Notes under the pieces: model-generated
The model's database searches: none
Told to the model about the DNA's origin: nothing
The model's input: the letters and a program-made list of their open reading frames with translations, nothing else
Shown here: in pieces, positions 38,005 through 49,324 of the stretch
Numbering within the stretch: position 1 is the first letter of the stretch
Layout of the letters: each line of letters opens with the position of its first letter
Position numbers and translations under genes: made by a program
DNA from: an uncultured Nitrospiraceae bacterium
GTDB lineage: Bacteria; Nitrospirota; Nitrospiria; Nitrospirales; Nitrospiraceae
DNA length: 64,000 bases
Direction of reading: 5' to 3'
Assembly: GCA_963846575.1 (NCBI GenBank)
Contig: CAWJWJ010000002.1
Location: 2,144,001-2,208,000, forward strand

Positions 38005-39852
38005 CTAATCAAGTTCAAACTCTTTCTTCCAGTCGGAATCGCCCTCAAGCGGCTTCTGGTCCGCCTTGAGCAAGATACAGTTCTCAAGAACCAGTACATC
38101 CATCTCCGTTCGCATGAAACATCGGTAAGCATCTTCCGGTGTACTGACGATTGGCTCTCCTCGAACATTGAACGATGTATTCACCAATACTGCGTGACCG
38201 GTCTTGGCTTCGAATGCCTTTAACAGGGCATAGTACCGTGGATTGGTATCCTCATGCACCGTCTGAACCCGCGCCGAATAATCAAGGTGGGTGACTGCCG
38301 GTATGTCAGACCGCGGCACATTCAGCAAGTCAATGCCCCACAATCCTTCAGGAACCGTGCTCGCAGGGAGTCGCCGTTTTTCAATGACCGGAGCCACCAG
38401 CAGCATGTATGGACTGTCGGCATCCAGAATGAAGTAGTCGGAAGCCCGCTCCCTCAGCACGGACGGGGCAAATGGGCGGAACGACTCGCGATACTTAATC
38501 TTAAGATTCATCACTGATTGCATGTCTCGATTGCGCGCATCGCCCAATATACTTCGGCCACCCAAGGCGCGTGGCCCAAATTCCATGCGGCCCTGGAGCC
38601 ACCCCACAACCTTGCCGGCTGCTAATTCCTCAGCCACACGCGCATACAACTGGTTTCCATCAAGACGACGATATGGAGCGCCCGCATTCTTCAGGTATGC
38701 TTCTATCTCTTCATTAGTGTGAGAAGGACCCAAATATGATCCCTTAAGACCATCCTTCCCATCCTTTACTACCTTGCGGGGTTGTTGTTCGTACTGATGC
38801 CATGCGGTCAACGCCGCCCCCAATGCACCTCCCGCATCCCCCGCCGCCGGTTGGATCCAGAGGCCTTTGAAAGGCCCTTCTCGCAATATACGACCGTTAC
38901 CGACGCAGTTTAAAGCGACTCCACCCGCCATGCAGAGGTACTCTGCGCCAGTCTCGCGCTGAAGGGTTCGTGATAGGCGCAACATCACTTCTTCAGTCAC
39001 TTCCTGAACCGAGCGAGCTAGGTCCATTTCACGCTGCGTCAATTTGGACTCAGGCTTCCGCGGAGGACCGCCGAAGACTTCGTCAAACTTGCTTCCGGTC
39101 ATAGTAAGACCGGTGCAATAATTAAAATAGTCCATATTCAAACGAAACGTTCCGTCCGGCTTTAGATCCAGCAAGTGCTCATAAATAGCTTTCACATATT
39201 TTGGCTCCCCATAAGGAGCAAGTCCCATCACCTTGTACTCACCAGAGTTCACCCTAAATCCAGTGTAGTAGGTGAAGGCAGAATAGAGCAGTCCGATTGA
39301 ATGAGGAAACGGAATTTCCCACAGAGGACGGAGGGCATTTCCCTCACCTAACCAAGCTGAGGTAGTGGCCCACTCGCCCACCCCATCCATACACAGAACC
39401 ACAGCCTTTTCATACGGCGAAGGAAAGAACGCAGATGCCGCATGAGATTCGTGATGTTCCGAAAATAGAATTTGTGGCAGAGAGGTGGTCGTCATTTCCG
39501 GTGCGTGAACAAGGAACTCCTTTTGGAGCAGACTTTTCAGCAGAAGTTTCTCCTTTAGCCAGATCGGCATGGCCGCAACGAACGATCGCAGACCTCGGGG
39601 GGCGAAGGCGAGGTAGGTCTCCAAGAGCCGCTCAAACTTGACAAGCGGCTTATCATAAAATACTAGGTATTTCACATCCTGAAGGGTGATCTGACCTTCG
39701 CGACAGCAGTAGTCCAATGCCTTATGGGGAAATCCTGGATCATGTTTCTTACGGGTAAATCGCTCTTCCTGCGCCGCCGCGATGATCTCTCCATCACGCA
39801 CTAAGCACGCAGCACTGTCATGGTAGAAGGCAGAAATGCCTAGGATATTCAT
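38005..39852 (-). CDS. O-carbamoyltransferase (NodU/CmcH/SxtI family)
   Basis: GISAFYHDSAA, QEERF, EHHESHAASAF, GEYKVMGLAPYG, GGVALNC, EFGPRALG, RESFRPFAP, NTSFN. Confidence 0.95.
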   Translation of the reverse strand: MNILGISAFYHDSAACLVRDGEIIAAAQEERFTRKKHDPGFPHKALDYCCREGQITLQDVKYLVFYDKPLVKFERLLETYLAFAPRGLRSFVAAMPIWLKEKLLLKSLLQKEFLVHAPEMTTTSLPQILFSEHHESHAASAFFPSPYEKAVVLCMDGVGEWATTSAWLGEGNALRPLWEIPFPHSIGLLYSAFTYYTGFRVNSGEYKVMGLAPYGEPKYVKAIYEHLLDLKPDGTFRLNMDYFNYCTGLTMTGSKFDEVFGGPPRKPESKLTQREMDLARSVQEVTEEVMLRLSRTLQRETGAEYLCMAGGVALNCVGNGRILREGPFKGLWIQPAAGDAGGALGAALTAWHQYEQQPRKVVKDGKDGLKGSYLGPSHTNEEIEAYLKNAGAPYRRLDGNQLYARVAEELAAGKVVGWLQGRMEFGPRALGGRSILGDARNRDMQSVMNLKIKYRESFRPFAPSVLRERASDYFILDADSPYMLLVAPVIEKRRLPASTVPEGLWGIDLLNVPRSDIPAVTHLDYSARVQTVHEDTNPRYYALLKAFEAKTGHAVLVNTSFNVRGEPIVSTPEDAYRCFMRTEMDVLVLENCILLKADQKPLEGDSDWKKEFELD

Positions 39853-39973
39853 TGTTGTTCCCCTAATAGAAGGATTTAGCCGATTCCATAATCTCACGCT
39901 GTTTGAGCATGCTTACACCACCAGGAGGGGAACTTTCCATTGGCCTGACTGACTGATAGACATCTAGAGACGT

Positions 39974-41134
39974 TTAAGCCGCCTTACATTCCTCAATGAG
40001 CGCCAAATAACGATTAGCGATGGTGGCCCAATTGTACTCGCGAAAAGCCCATTCTCTCGCTTCTTTAGCCAAGGCGTCTCGAAAGGGAATATCGGAATGC
40101 AAACGAATCAGAGCCTCGGCCAGGGACATAGGATCTTCCGACGGTACAAGAAGGCCTGTCATACCATCCTGCACAATTTCCGGCACACCATCCACATTAC
40201 TACCAATAACCGCCTTTCCACAGGCCATAGCCTCCGCAATGACGAGAGGCATTCCTTCCGCTCGTGAGGCAAGTACAAATATTGAGCACAACTTCATGAG
40301 ACACAACACCTGATCGTGCGATTGATTGCCCAAAAAGAGAACCTGATCCGACACATTATGCTCACGTGAGAGGCGAGACAGATTCTCCCGCTCCGGTCCG
40401 TCTCCTGCGATTACAAGATTCAGCCTCACGCAACGGGCTTTCGCCAGTCGTAAGGCAGCGATTATGATATCGACTCCCTTTCGGTGGATCAGATGCCCTG
40501 CGGTAAAGACGTAATCTGGCGGAAGACCAACCTGAGATTGAGTTGTCTCAACGGCCACAATGCCATCCAGGGGTGCACCATTTGGGAGCAGCTGACTGCG
40601 TGACAAGTGCAAGTCCGGTATAGCGCATTTGACTTTTAATAAAAGCGTTCGCGATACAGCTAAAACAATATCTGCCTTCTCTAGGAGGAACTTCACCAAC
40701 CGGTGTTCGCCGGGAGTCCAGAGAGGCAAATCATGCGCATCGTTTCCCTGGTAAGTGATCAAAAGCGGGCATCCCGCTAGAGTCTTCAGAATTCCAAAGT
40801 AAAACATGGTCGGCAGTGGGTACTGAATGATGATGGCCTCTAATCGCTTGCGGCGAGCCAACAGGACGAGTTGAAGCATTGTGAATGGAAACCACAGACA
40901 ACTCATGATGATCGCACGAAGCGGATGGGTCGGTGATGCAGGCGACCGGAGGTACATGCCGTAAACAGGCGTATCTTCCAGCGATTCGATTTGAGTGAGA
41001 AGGTTCTCCTTATCTGCGACAAAAATGCTAACACTATGACCTTTCTTTTTAAATTCGCCGGTCAACCGCGTAATAACGGTGCTGATCCCCCCGGTCAAAG
41101 AAGGCCGCCATGGAGTAACGAGCAGAATGTTCAT
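39974..41134 (-). CDS. Glycosyltransferase family 4
   Basis: GG motif, LPNG, KGVD, SRAEGMPLVIAEAMACG. Confidence 0.9.
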   Translation of the reverse strand: MNILLVTPWRPSLTGGISTVITRLTGEFKKKGHSVSIFVADKENLLTQIESLEDTPVYGMYLRSPASPTHPLRAIIMSCLWFPFTMLQLVLLARRKRLEAIIIQYPLPTMFYFGILKTLAGCPLLITYQGNDAHDLPLWTPGEHRLVKFLLEKADIVLAVSRTLLLKVKCAIPDLHLSRSQLLPNGAPLDGIVAVETTQSQVGLPPDYVFTAGHLIHRKGVDIIIAALRLAKARCVRLNLVIAGDGPERENLSRLSREHNVSDQVLFLGNQSHDQVLCLMKLCSIFVLASRAEGMPLVIAEAMACGKAVIGSNVDGVPEIVQDGMTGLLVPSEDPMSLAEALIRLHSDIPFRDALAKEAREWAFREYNWATIANRYLALIEECKAA

Positions 41135-41160
41135 GAGATGAATTGCACCTGTCGCTCTAC

Positions 41161-42132
41161 CTACCCTCGAGAATCTGATGCGGTGTCTTGAGGGGTTAGA
41201 GAGGGTCGCAACTCGCTCCGAGAGAGATACGTTTTGAATAGATCCAGATACAACTCAAACCGCAATGGTCGCCGCCGAATAAGACTTCGAATCCGTCGGC
41301 GTGCCGCTGCCGTCAGGCATTCTTGTCGCTCCACATATGCCAGTTGACGTTGGGTGGCATACATTTGCCTGCTGACGATTTGCCCCATCTCGGCACCGTG
41401 CGATCGCTCAAGTCCCTGTTCAGTCAACAGTATCTCGTAAATCTTAACAAAATCCTCCAGCAATCGGCGTTGACTGGACATGAGACTACCCCCCCGCCAT
41501 CTATACTGCCCCAGCGGCTCAGAAAGATATCCCACCTCGTACTCACGCAGCACCACGTGAATCCAATGCAGGTAATCCTGGGCTATAGGCAATCGCAAAT
41601 CGAAATTCCCGGCTTTTTCAAACACACTGCGGCGCTCCATCACGGTCAGAGTCTGAATATGGGAACGCAGAAGAACGTCTCGCAAGCAGTGCCCCTGTGG
41701 TACCGCTCTTTTGGTCTCCTGATTAAATCGGGTGTAGAGAATCTGGTCATCTTCATCGATCACAGAAACTTCTGTGTGAACAAAACCACAAGTAGGATGC
41801 GCATCAAGATATTCGACTTGCCGCAGCAACTTTTCAGGTGTCCAGAGATCGTCGGCGTCAAGATAGGCAATAAACTCACCCCTTGCGCGCGACACAGCGA
41901 CATTACGAGCCGCCGAAGCACCCTGATTCTCCTGATAAACATAGTGCACCGGATCACCAAATCGCGCCATTAATTCTTGCGTCTCATCCGTTGATCCATC
42001 GTCAACCACGATCACTTCGAAGTCTTGATACGTTTGTCTCAATACGGAGTCGATCGTCCGCACAAGAAATCGTGCACAGTTGTAGGTCGGAATAATGACT
42101 GATACGCGAGGCATGGGAGGGCTTTTCCACAC
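41161..42132 (-). CDS. Glycosyltransferase family 2
   Basis: VSVIIPTYN, DDGSTD, LDADD. Confidence 0.92.
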   Translation of the reverse strand: MWKSPPMPRVSVIIPTYNCARFLVRTIDSVLRQTYQDFEVIVVDDGSTDETQELMARFGDPVHYVYQENQGASAARNVAVSRARGEFIAYLDADDLWTPEKLLRQVEYLDAHPTCGFVHTEVSVIDEDDQILYTRFNQETKRAVPQGHCLRDVLLRSHIQTLTVMERRSVFEKAGNFDLRLPIAQDYLHWIHVVLREYEVGYLSEPLGQYRWRGGSLMSSQRRLLEDFVKIYEILLTEQGLERSHGAEMGQIVSRQMYATQRQLAYVERQECLTAAARRRIRSLIRRRPLRFELYLDLFKTYLSRSELRPSLTPQDTASDSRG

Positions 42133-42142
42133 AAAAGACGGC

Positions 42143-43384
42143 CTAAAAATCTTTTTTGGACAGCTGTGGCCGCAAAATTGCCAGTGTTCGCACCATCGCC
42201 GAGTCCCAGGAGAACCACTCGTCAGCTAGTTTCGCTGCTCCAATTCGAAGGCGCTCGCGTAGATCTGGACGGGTCATCACTTGCAACAAGATATTCCCAA
42301 GGCCTTGGGGGTCTTTAGGTAGGAAGGTAAGCACATTTTCTCCATCTATGAACGCGCTGTCCATCATAGGACCACGCGTCACAATGATGGGAAGGCCGTG
42401 TGCAACCATGGAAGCGAAGGAGCTATTGTTTAGCTGCACCCCTTCGAGAAACGGCAGTACGCACACATCTGAGGCATGCAGATACAGGGAGGCATCTTCC
42501 TCTTCAGATTTAAACGCGCCCGTCCATGTCGTCCGTGAATCAATCTTCAATTCTCTAGCCAGAGCCTGCATCTCCTCGAAATAGGACGCACCCCCTTCAA
42601 CGTCCAAACCTACCTTACCTCCAATGAACAACAGCCGAGCTTCGGGCCGCTGTGCAGAAACCGCCGCAAATGCTCGCAACAATGTGTCAATTCCCTTAAT
42701 CGGATAGAGGTATCCAAAAAACGTGACTACAAATTCATCATGCGTAAGGCCCAATAGCTTTCGGCCTCGGGTGCGGGCGATGCCTCCCTGATTCGATGCA
42801 ATAAATAGATTTGGAGGGGGAGGGATTAACTGTATTTTGTTTTTAACGGGAGCCCACTCCTCAACCAGCATGGATCGATGTCTCTCACAGAGAGCGATAA
42901 CCGCGTCACTGTCTCGTAGTAAGGTTCCTGAACTATAGGCCACATTGTTTCTACCTGCCCATCGAACCATCAATTTCCGAAACGCGCGAGACGCGAGCCC
43001 GCTCTTCGAGGGATCGGAACCGACAAACGCACTTTCATATCGCGTCACAAACGGCACGTGCGGGAACAATCGCTTACTGAGGGTAGGCACGAAGGTCACC
43101 ATGGGATGAAATTGGTACATCAGGCCAATGTACATAAGTAATACGGCATCCGGAGCACACTCTTTCAGAAAAGAACGAACTGACACCAGTGCTGACCAAT
43201 CCCAGCTTCGCATGATGGCATGCACATGAATGCCTGCCTCGTTTGTGCCGACATTATCCGCTGACGTGAGAACATGCACTTCTAACTGGCGTGCAGCCAT
43301 TTGCCGGCAAAGGTGGTAGGTGTTCGTTGCCTCACCCGCATGCATGGGAGGATAGGCGGCCGAAATTACCAGGATTTTTCTCAT
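42143..43384 (-). CDS. Glycosyltransferase family 4
   Basis: YPPMHAGE, FGYLYPIKG, DVCVLPF, HGLPII. Confidence 0.88.
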   Translation of the reverse strand: MRKILVISAAYPPMHAGEATNTYHLCRQMAARQLEVHVLTSADNVGTNEAGIHVHAIMRSWDWSALVSVRSFLKECAPDAVLLMYIGLMYQFHPMVTFVPTLSKRLFPHVPFVTRYESAFVGSDPSKSGLASRAFRKLMVRWAGRNNVAYSSGTLLRDSDAVIALCERHRSMLVEEWAPVKNKIQLIPPPPNLFIASNQGGIARTRGRKLLGLTHDEFVVTFFGYLYPIKGIDTLLRAFAAVSAQRPEARLLFIGGKVGLDVEGGASYFEEMQALARELKIDSRTTWTGAFKSEEEDASLYLHASDVCVLPFLEGVQLNNSSFASMVAHGLPIIVTRGPMMDSAFIDGENVLTFLPKDPQGLGNILLQVMTRPDLRERLRIGAAKLADEWFSWDSAMVRTLAILRPQLSKKDF

Positions 43385-43419
43385 ATGTGCGGTTCGAATA
43401 GTTTCGTGAGTACCAATTG

Positions 43420-44490
43420 TTACACCGTCGCCCTGACTGAGGATCTCCGCTGAACCCAGGACTCATGAATCTCTTCAAAAATGTTACCTAAGGTTTTTGT
43501 AATGTTCCAACCAGGGTAATGTGCCGTCATTTTCTTCAGGTTGCTGATGTAACAGATATGGTCTCCTTCACGATTCCTATCTATATATTCATGCAGCATT
43601 TTCTGACCAGAAATCGCTTCGATTATCCCAAATGCCTCAAGAATGGAACAACTATTCCCGCGGCCACCCCCCAGGTTGTAGACTTCGCCACTTCGGGGAC
43701 TCTGTATGAATTCATGAATGAAACGCGCAACATCGAGAGAGTGAATATTATCTCGCACCTGTTTACCCTTATAACCAAAAATACTGTATCGCTTCCCCTC
43801 CAGATTGCATTTGATCAGGTAGCTTAAAAAACCATGTAATTCCACACCGGAATGGTTGGGACCGGTGAGACAGCCCCCGCGCAAACAACATGTTTTCATT
43901 CCAAAATAACGCCCATACTCTTGCACCATAACGTCCGCAGCCACCTTCGAGGCTCCGAACAGAGAATGCTTCGATTGGTCTATGCGCATGGATTCGGTGA
44001 TTCCGTCGAAATCACTGGAGGAGGCATAGTCCCATCGTTTGCCCTGCTCTTCTAGAGGCAACTCATTTGGAGCATCTCCGTAAACCTTGTTTGTCGACAT
44101 GTGCACGAACACCGACTCCGGCGTATGCAATCTGGTGGCTTCGAGCAAATTAAGCGTTCCTACAGCATTGGTATCAAAATCATCGAATGGAATCTTGGCC
44201 GCAAGATCGTGCGAAGGTTGAGCGGCCGTATGAACTATGACATCGGGCTTCAGTTCTTGAATGAGATCCAAGGCGTCTTTTCGATTACGGATATCCAGCT
44301 CATGATGCCTAAAATTCTTCAGATCGGCCTGCAGTCTTTTCTGGTTCCAGCGAGTATCCCCATTCGGGCCAAAAAAGGTCGCCCGGCTATTATTGTCGGC
44401 ACCATGAATCCACCAACCTTGCCCATGAAAGTAGGCACACACTTCAGAGCCAATAAGGCCAGAAGACCCTGTGACAAGCATTCGTTTCAT
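43420..44490 (-). CDS. NAD-dependent epimerase, CDP-paratose 2-epimerase (RfbE/Tyv)-like
   Basis: [49 protein letters not shown]. Confidence 0.85.
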   Translation of the reverse strand: MKRMLVTGSSGLIGSEVCAYFHGQGWWIHGADNNSRATFFGPNGDTRWNQKRLQADLKNFRHHELDIRNRKDALDLIQELKPDVIVHTAAQPSHDLAAKIPFDDFDTNAVGTLNLLEATRLHTPESVFVHMSTNKVYGDAPNELPLEEQGKRWDYASSSDFDGITESMRIDQSKHSLFGASKVAADVMVQEYGRYFGMKTCCLRGGCLTGPNHSGVELHGFLSYLIKCNLEGKRYSIFGYKGKQVRDNIHSLDVARFIHEFIQSPRSGEVYNLGGGRGNSCSILEAFGIIEAISGQKMLHEYIDRNREGDHICYISNLKKMTAHYPGWNITKTLGNIFEEIHESWVQRRSSVRATV

Positions 44491-44531
44491 TATGTGGCAA
44501 CTCCTTCCGTAAACCCGATCGAAAGCACGGA

Positions 44532-45620
44532 TCACCTATCAGGGCCTCTGCTGACCGTTAGCTCTCTCTGAAAATGCTTAGCAATGGACTCTGCAATGAG
44601 TTCATGCCCTCTCTCGTTCCAATGACTGCCGTCAGAGGCGTACACGTCTTCCCCTCGATTCTCAGCCTCCTGAACTGCCCAAGCCACGTCAGCCCAATAG
44701 GCGATGCGATGATGTGTAGAGATTTCCTGGAAAGCCTGGTCGTAGGGTTCCGCGCGGGCACAGTTGAATGCCATGATCGGTCGGTTTCCGACTTTTTTAC
44801 GCACAAGTCCCATCAACTCATCCGTAGTGCTCACTGCTCGGAGGAAACCAGCATGATGCATTCCTTCAAACTCAATGTCCCTCTCGACCGTCTTGCTGGC
44901 ACTGCCAGCTCTCAGTCTATCGATACGACTCACGATAAAATAGAGAAACCGACTACGCCGGTTAATCCACTCTCGCACTTGCACGGACGACTCCTTGGGA
45001 GACAAATGCCTAACCTTTCCCTGTTGCCAATAAGGTCTTATCCAACCATTATTATTCACCAGGCTGAGTCGCTCAAGTTCATTGTCATTATTGATAAAGT
45101 CGTTAGCGCAAAACTGCCACAGAATGACATCAGGACGAATAGTTTCAATGTACCGATCGAAAACGAGGAATTCCTGTAATGTTCCATAGCCCCCTACGCC
45201 ATAGGCGAATACCTCAACATTGAGAATTTTTGAGAGCAATGCATAGTAGGTACGATCATCAGAGACCGACGTCGCATGGGTAAATGAATCTCCTATTACC
45301 AGGAATTTAGGCTTATTCGAATACAAATCACCGAATTGCCGAAATCCGTACTGTTTCTGTGTACGCTTAACGGGATAAGGCCTTCCCGTCTGGGTCTTCT
45401 CCACCAGAGTTTCCTCATAATGTTCAGTTGCTCTCCAACCAAGCTCTTGATCCAGGGTAATCGGTCCGATCCGCCCGCCTGCCGCACTCTCGAAGAATGG
45501 AATGCCATCTCTCAGAAGGTGGACCGAACGGATTGCGATCTCGCCGAGACCAAGCAGAAACGCGGCACATGCTACCGTTGCACCGCTCGACGCAACGACC
45601 ATCATCATTTTCTTGCGCAT
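44532..45620 (-). CDS. SGNH/GDSL-family protein (acyl transferase or esterase), N-terminally anchored
   Basis: IGDSFT, GVGGYGT, NDF, DGSHWN. Confidence 0.85.
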   Translation of the reverse strand: MRKKMMMVVASSGATVACAAFLLGLGEIAIRSVHLLRDGIPFFESAAGGRIGPITLDQELGWRATEHYEETLVEKTQTGRPYPVKRTQKQYGFRQFGDLYSNKPKFLVIGDSFTHATSVSDDRTYYALLSKILNVEVFAYGVGGYGTLQEFLVFDRYIETIRPDVILWQFCANDFINNDNELERLSLVNNNGWIRPYWQQGKVRHLSPKESSVQVREWINRRSRFLYFIVSRIDRLRAGSASKTVERDIEFEGMHHAGFLRAVSTTDELMGLVRKKVGNRPIMAFNCARAEPYDQAFQEISTHHRIAYWADVAWAVQEAENRGEDVYASDGSHWNERGHELIAESIAKHFQRELTVSRGPDR

Positions 45621-45648
45621 GCCCAGCTCGCTAAAATCCTTTTATACC

Positions 45649-46485
45649 CTAGGCTGCCTGAGGGCTTAGCAGGTATGGCTCCCAGAATGCGCGATCGTAC
45701 CGCGGCCAGGCATGGCACCCAAATGGCAATTGGCCATGATTCATGTCGTAGCACAGCCTGGGAGCGACTTCGAAAGCAAAACGCAATCCAATTTCAACAG
45801 ATGCGACATTAAACTCGGGAACGTAGTGCTTGGCGCGATCAGACCAAAAATGATCTTCATTCTTCGTTCCATCAGGGCGCAGATGCCACTGCGCCATTTC
45901 TCTACGGGCGTTATTTAAGCAGGACAGCCGCTTTGCAAATTTTTTCGGCAGGTTCAGCATGCGGAGATAAGCAGGCATCTCAGCGAACTTTTCCTGCCAA
46001 TACTCTTCGGGCTCCATCCAATACACGTCGGACCTGAATACCTTAAGAAAACTGTCAATCTTTCGCAATGACAGCCCGCCGTTCCCCACTCGAGGCTCCT
46101 TCACCCACGGACTGTCTGAACAGTGAATCCAAGGAGGCGCGATGTAGTCGAAATCCATTTCGCACCACTGCAAAAGTTGATCGGAGAAAACCAATGCGTC
46201 CAGGTGATAGATCAGAATATATTGATAGTCGCTAAAGGAAGCGTAAAATTCCTCGGATAACAACAGCCGCGTATTCGCGGCCACACTTCCGAAATACTGG
46301 TTTCCAAATCGCTTTAAGGCGCAATTCGGCAAAGTAATATCAAGCGACTCCGGCACCACGAGATACTTGTCATATGGCTTCAAATAGTGAGTCAGGTGCG
46401 CGAAAGATATCTGCTCATCACACGTGAGCTCGCTTCGATTGTGCATCGGCACGACTACAGCAACCTTTTGTCGAGAATCATTCAT
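45649..46485 (-). CDS. DUF5672-like putative glycosyltransferase
   Basis: YHLDALVF, DYIAPPW, VGNGGLSLRK, NEDHFW, FAFE, PFGCH. Confidence 0.75.
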   Translation of the reverse strand: MNDSRQKVAVVVPMHNRSELTCDEQISFAHLTHYLKPYDKYLVVPESLDITLPNCALKRFGNQYFGSVAANTRLLLSEEFYASFSDYQYILIYHLDALVFSDQLLQWCEMDFDYIAPPWIHCSDSPWVKEPRVGNGGLSLRKIDSFLKVFRSDVYWMEPEEYWQEKFAEMPAYLRMLNLPKKFAKRLSCLNNARREMAQWHLRPDGTKNEDHFWSDRAKHYVPEFNVASVEIGLRFAFEVAPRLCYDMNHGQLPFGCHAWPRYDRAFWEPYLLSPQAA

Positions 46486-46558
46486 TGCGCCTCGTCTTTT
46501 CCAGGAAGAAACCTACCTTAGAACATTAGTCGCCATGGGAACAGTGACTCCTCGATAC

Positions 46559-48016
46559 CTAGAGCCGTTGTAGCTGTCTCAGCACTTCCTCGCCGACCAG
46601 CCTGTGTCCTGCCTCATTGTAGTGGGCATACCGTCGAAACGGGAATAATGATAAGGGGTCCGGATGTGCGGAAAAGACCGTGTGTATGTCCACTACATGA
46701 AGATTCAATCGCCTGGCGATGCCCAGCACATTGTCCCGGTCTTTACTTGCTAATTCCGGCATTCGATATCGCTCCCACGTAGGCAGATAGACAAAGACCA
46801 CGCGCCCTTCCCAGGTCTTCGCCGTCGCTTGTGCCTCCGCAAGGATCTCCTCAAATAACCGGAGGTCGGCCGGATCCGCTGGAGCCCCGGTGTGACGAAG
46901 GAAATCCATCAACTCAACCGGGAACCCTTGCTCGGTTGAATGCCGGGTATACAACAACTGAATCGCATTGCGGAGATGGTGTAATTTGAGGAGCTGTTCC
47001 AAGGAGGCCGAAGATGCTGCCTTCAGCATCGCGGTTTCAAGGTAGCTCCTTAATGACCGGTCGATTTCATCTTGTCGTTCGAACAACCGCTGAGAAAATG
47101 AGGATGTAAGATACTTCATTAACAAAGGGGAATTCTTTTCCCATCCATCGAGGTCTCTTAGGTCATTACCTTCATAATAGAACCAGAGAACCAACTTCGG
47201 CTTTAAAGTAGGCCCATACTCTTTCAGCGTAGCTAAACTCGTCAGTGGCCCGTGACTATTGACGCCCAGATTCATGGTGTGTGGATGCTGAGATCGAACG
47301 ACGGCAACAAAACCTTGATCGGATGACACGCACACTCCATGAGTATAGGAATCACCCAGGGCGAGAATCTCGATCGGTTTTTTCTCCCATGTTCCACGCG
47401 GATTGTGGAAACCATGCTCATCACTTTCATATACGACGTATTCGCCGCTCTCATTGCAAAATACCGTGGTAGTTGTCGACATTCCTCCCACCGGCAAAAA
47501 TTCCTCATCTTTGCTGGTAAGAACGGAACGAATGGTGGTGCCAGCAGACGGCGCAAAGAGCACCATTGGAAATACATCTGGATATGCATTTATACCTTCT
47601 GCACGCATATCATTGACCACCTCCAATCGCGTACGCACATCGAATTTCTGGTGAGTCTTCCGCACTGTCTTCATCCGCTCAGCTGCCACTTGCACGTTGG
47701 CATCTTGAGGAAAGCTCAACCACGCTTGAGCGCCCAACGCCGTGAGAGAGGAACTACCGTATGCCAAGAGGAGCTCAGTCGAATACACCGCGAACAGCAT
47801 TGAGAGAATGCAGAGCGTACTGTTGATTCTAATCGATTGTGGCAGCCGCACCCCAAACGCCAACATAACCGCAAGTCCAAGGAAGACTAGGTAGGCAAGT
47901 GACCAACCGTGACGCAAGATGAGAAATCCGAAAATCATTAAAGCGATCGCGGCACTCGACAAAAGTACAAGGTTTGCTACCCTACCGAGGCGTTGCATCA
48001 CGGTATCATTTCCCAT
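46559..48016 (-). CDS. Membrane-anchored SGNH-family protein (AlgX/AlgJ-like)
   Basis: Three N-terminal TM segments; LGDSYTHG, YEGNDL, HYNEAGH. Start uncertain (ORF track 48046). Confidence 0.8.
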   Translation of the reverse strand: MGNDTVMQRLGRVANLVLLSSAAIALMIFGFLILRHGWSLAYLVFLGLAVMLAFGVRLPQSIRINSTLCILSMLFAVYSTELLLAYGSSSLTALGAQAWLSFPQDANVQVAAERMKTVRKTHQKFDVRTRLEVVNDMRAEGINAYPDVFPMVLFAPSAGTTIRSVLTSKDEEFLPVGGMSTTTTVFCNESGEYVVYESDEHGFHNPRGTWEKKPIEILALGDSYTHGVCVSSDQGFVAVVRSQHPHTMNLGVNSHGPLTSLATLKEYGPTLKPKLVLWFYYEGNDLRDLDGWEKNSPLLMKYLTSSFSQRLFERQDEIDRSLRSYLETAMLKAASSASLEQLLKLHHLRNAIQLLYTRHSTEQGFPVELMDFLRHTGAPADPADLRLFEEILAEAQATAKTWEGRVVFVYLPTWERYRMPELASKDRDNVLGIARRLNLHVVDIHTVFSAHPDPLSLFPFRRYAHYNEAGHRLVGEEVLRQLQRL

Positions 48017-48103
48017 TGTCCCACGCTTAAGATAATCATATAACACAGGCTATTGTTATCAACTTCGTGCCTCAGTGCATAAAGTGAGCATGCACGTGCG
48101 TAA

Positions 48104-49324
48104 TCAGTTGCAATGCTTAGTCAGGATCATTTCTACGATGGCGCGATATTCTCGTTCGAATTTTTCTGGAGTATTGTTTGTGTGTGAAGCCTCCCACGCT
48201 TTTTTCGATCGATGACACAACTCGGCCGGAGACATCCGTGCAACCTCACGTACCTGCTCCATGATCGTCTCAATAGAGGCGTCTTTTAAGAGAACACCGA
48301 AATTTTCTACGTCTACTGAGGCTTCGTAAGTCACCATCGGCAGCACCCCCGCAGCCATGGTTTCTACCACCGCCGCCGCCCCAGCCTCAGAACATGAAGG
48401 AAATACATGGGCCCCGGACTGCTCCAGAATTACCTGAAACTTATCACTAGCTTTGTCCAGCCATCCCACCACGGTGATGTTAGGCGTGTGAAACAATTCC
48501 TTCCGATAGACATTCACGAATTCCGGCTCATTAAGCACTGGCCCCACAATAGTGAGTTGGTACTCCGGCATTTGCGCAAACGCCTCAAGTACGAGATCGA
48601 GCCCCTTGTGAATCATCCCGCGGCTTCCGAACCAGAGAAATCGACGGCGAGATGCTTCAAAGTCCTTAGCTTCCGGCCAAGGCCACATCTTCTGAGCTAC
48701 CATGGGCAATCGAAAAATAGGCTTGCCTGAATAAGCGTATGTGTTCATCGTAAACTCATTACCGCAAGTTGTGAGGTAGTCTGCGTGCTCGACTCCCAAA
48801 TGAGGGGTCTCTAATCGGTTGGGAGGGATGGTAACGCCTTTACGATTTTGAAACGCCAACATTCGTCCCATCTCGGCAAGGTTTTGAAAGACTAGTTGAG
48901 CCGTATCACAATGTAGAATTTTGATGCAGTTGGACGGCAAGTAGGGCTGTAGCCTTTGCAAATTGAAGCGACAATCAACCATCACATCGTAGGATTTCCA
49001 AGGGATAAATCTCTGATTTTCAGCATGGATCACGTCTACGTCGAATCCCAAATCGACAAAGGTCTGAGCCATTGCAATCGTCTTAAAAAACTGTGGATGA
49101 CTAATGGGAATCGCTTCTCCTCGTCTCTGGCACAGTAACCCCTGATTGTCATAGGATATGAGCACGTTGCCTTTTGGCGTTCCACGGGCATGCAGCGGAG
49201 CAACTCCCCCATGAAACTGGCGATGGAGACTGCGGAGCGCACCTATCTGTTCGCGAAGCAAAAGGTAAATCTGATAACGCTGAAAAAATCGTCGCAACCG
49301 TTTCAGCAATGTGGTCGCTTCCAT
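48104..49324 (-). CDS. Glycosyltransferase family 4-like
   Basis: HKGLDLVLEAF, FPSCSE, ETMAAG. Start set at ATG 49324. Confidence 0.85.
   Translation of the reverse strand: MEATTLLKRLRRFFQRYQIYLLLREQIGALRSLHRQFHGGVAPLHARGTPKGNVLISYDNQGLLCQRRGEAIPISHPQFFKTIAMAQTFVDLGFDVDVIHAENQRFIPWKSYDVMVDCRFNLQRLQPYLPSNCIKILHCDTAQLVFQNLAEMGRMLAFQNRKGVTIPPNRLETPHLGVEHADYLTTCGNEFTMNTYAYSGKPIFRLPMVAQKMWPWPEAKDFEASRRRFLWFGSRGMIHKGLDLVLEAFAQMPEYQLTIVGPVLNEPEFVNVYRKELFHTPNITVVGWLDKASDKFQVILEQSGAHVFPSCSEAGAAAVVETMAAGVLPMVTYEASVDVENFGVLLKDASIETIMEQVREVARMSPAELCHRSKKAWEASHTNNTPEKFEREYRAIVEMILTKHCN

Noticed and set aside
29041..39852. Saxitoxin biosynthesis
   Set aside because: Only I/J/K-like genes are present. There is no sxtA PKS-like or sxtG amidinotransferase gene, and the context is entirely polysaccharide.
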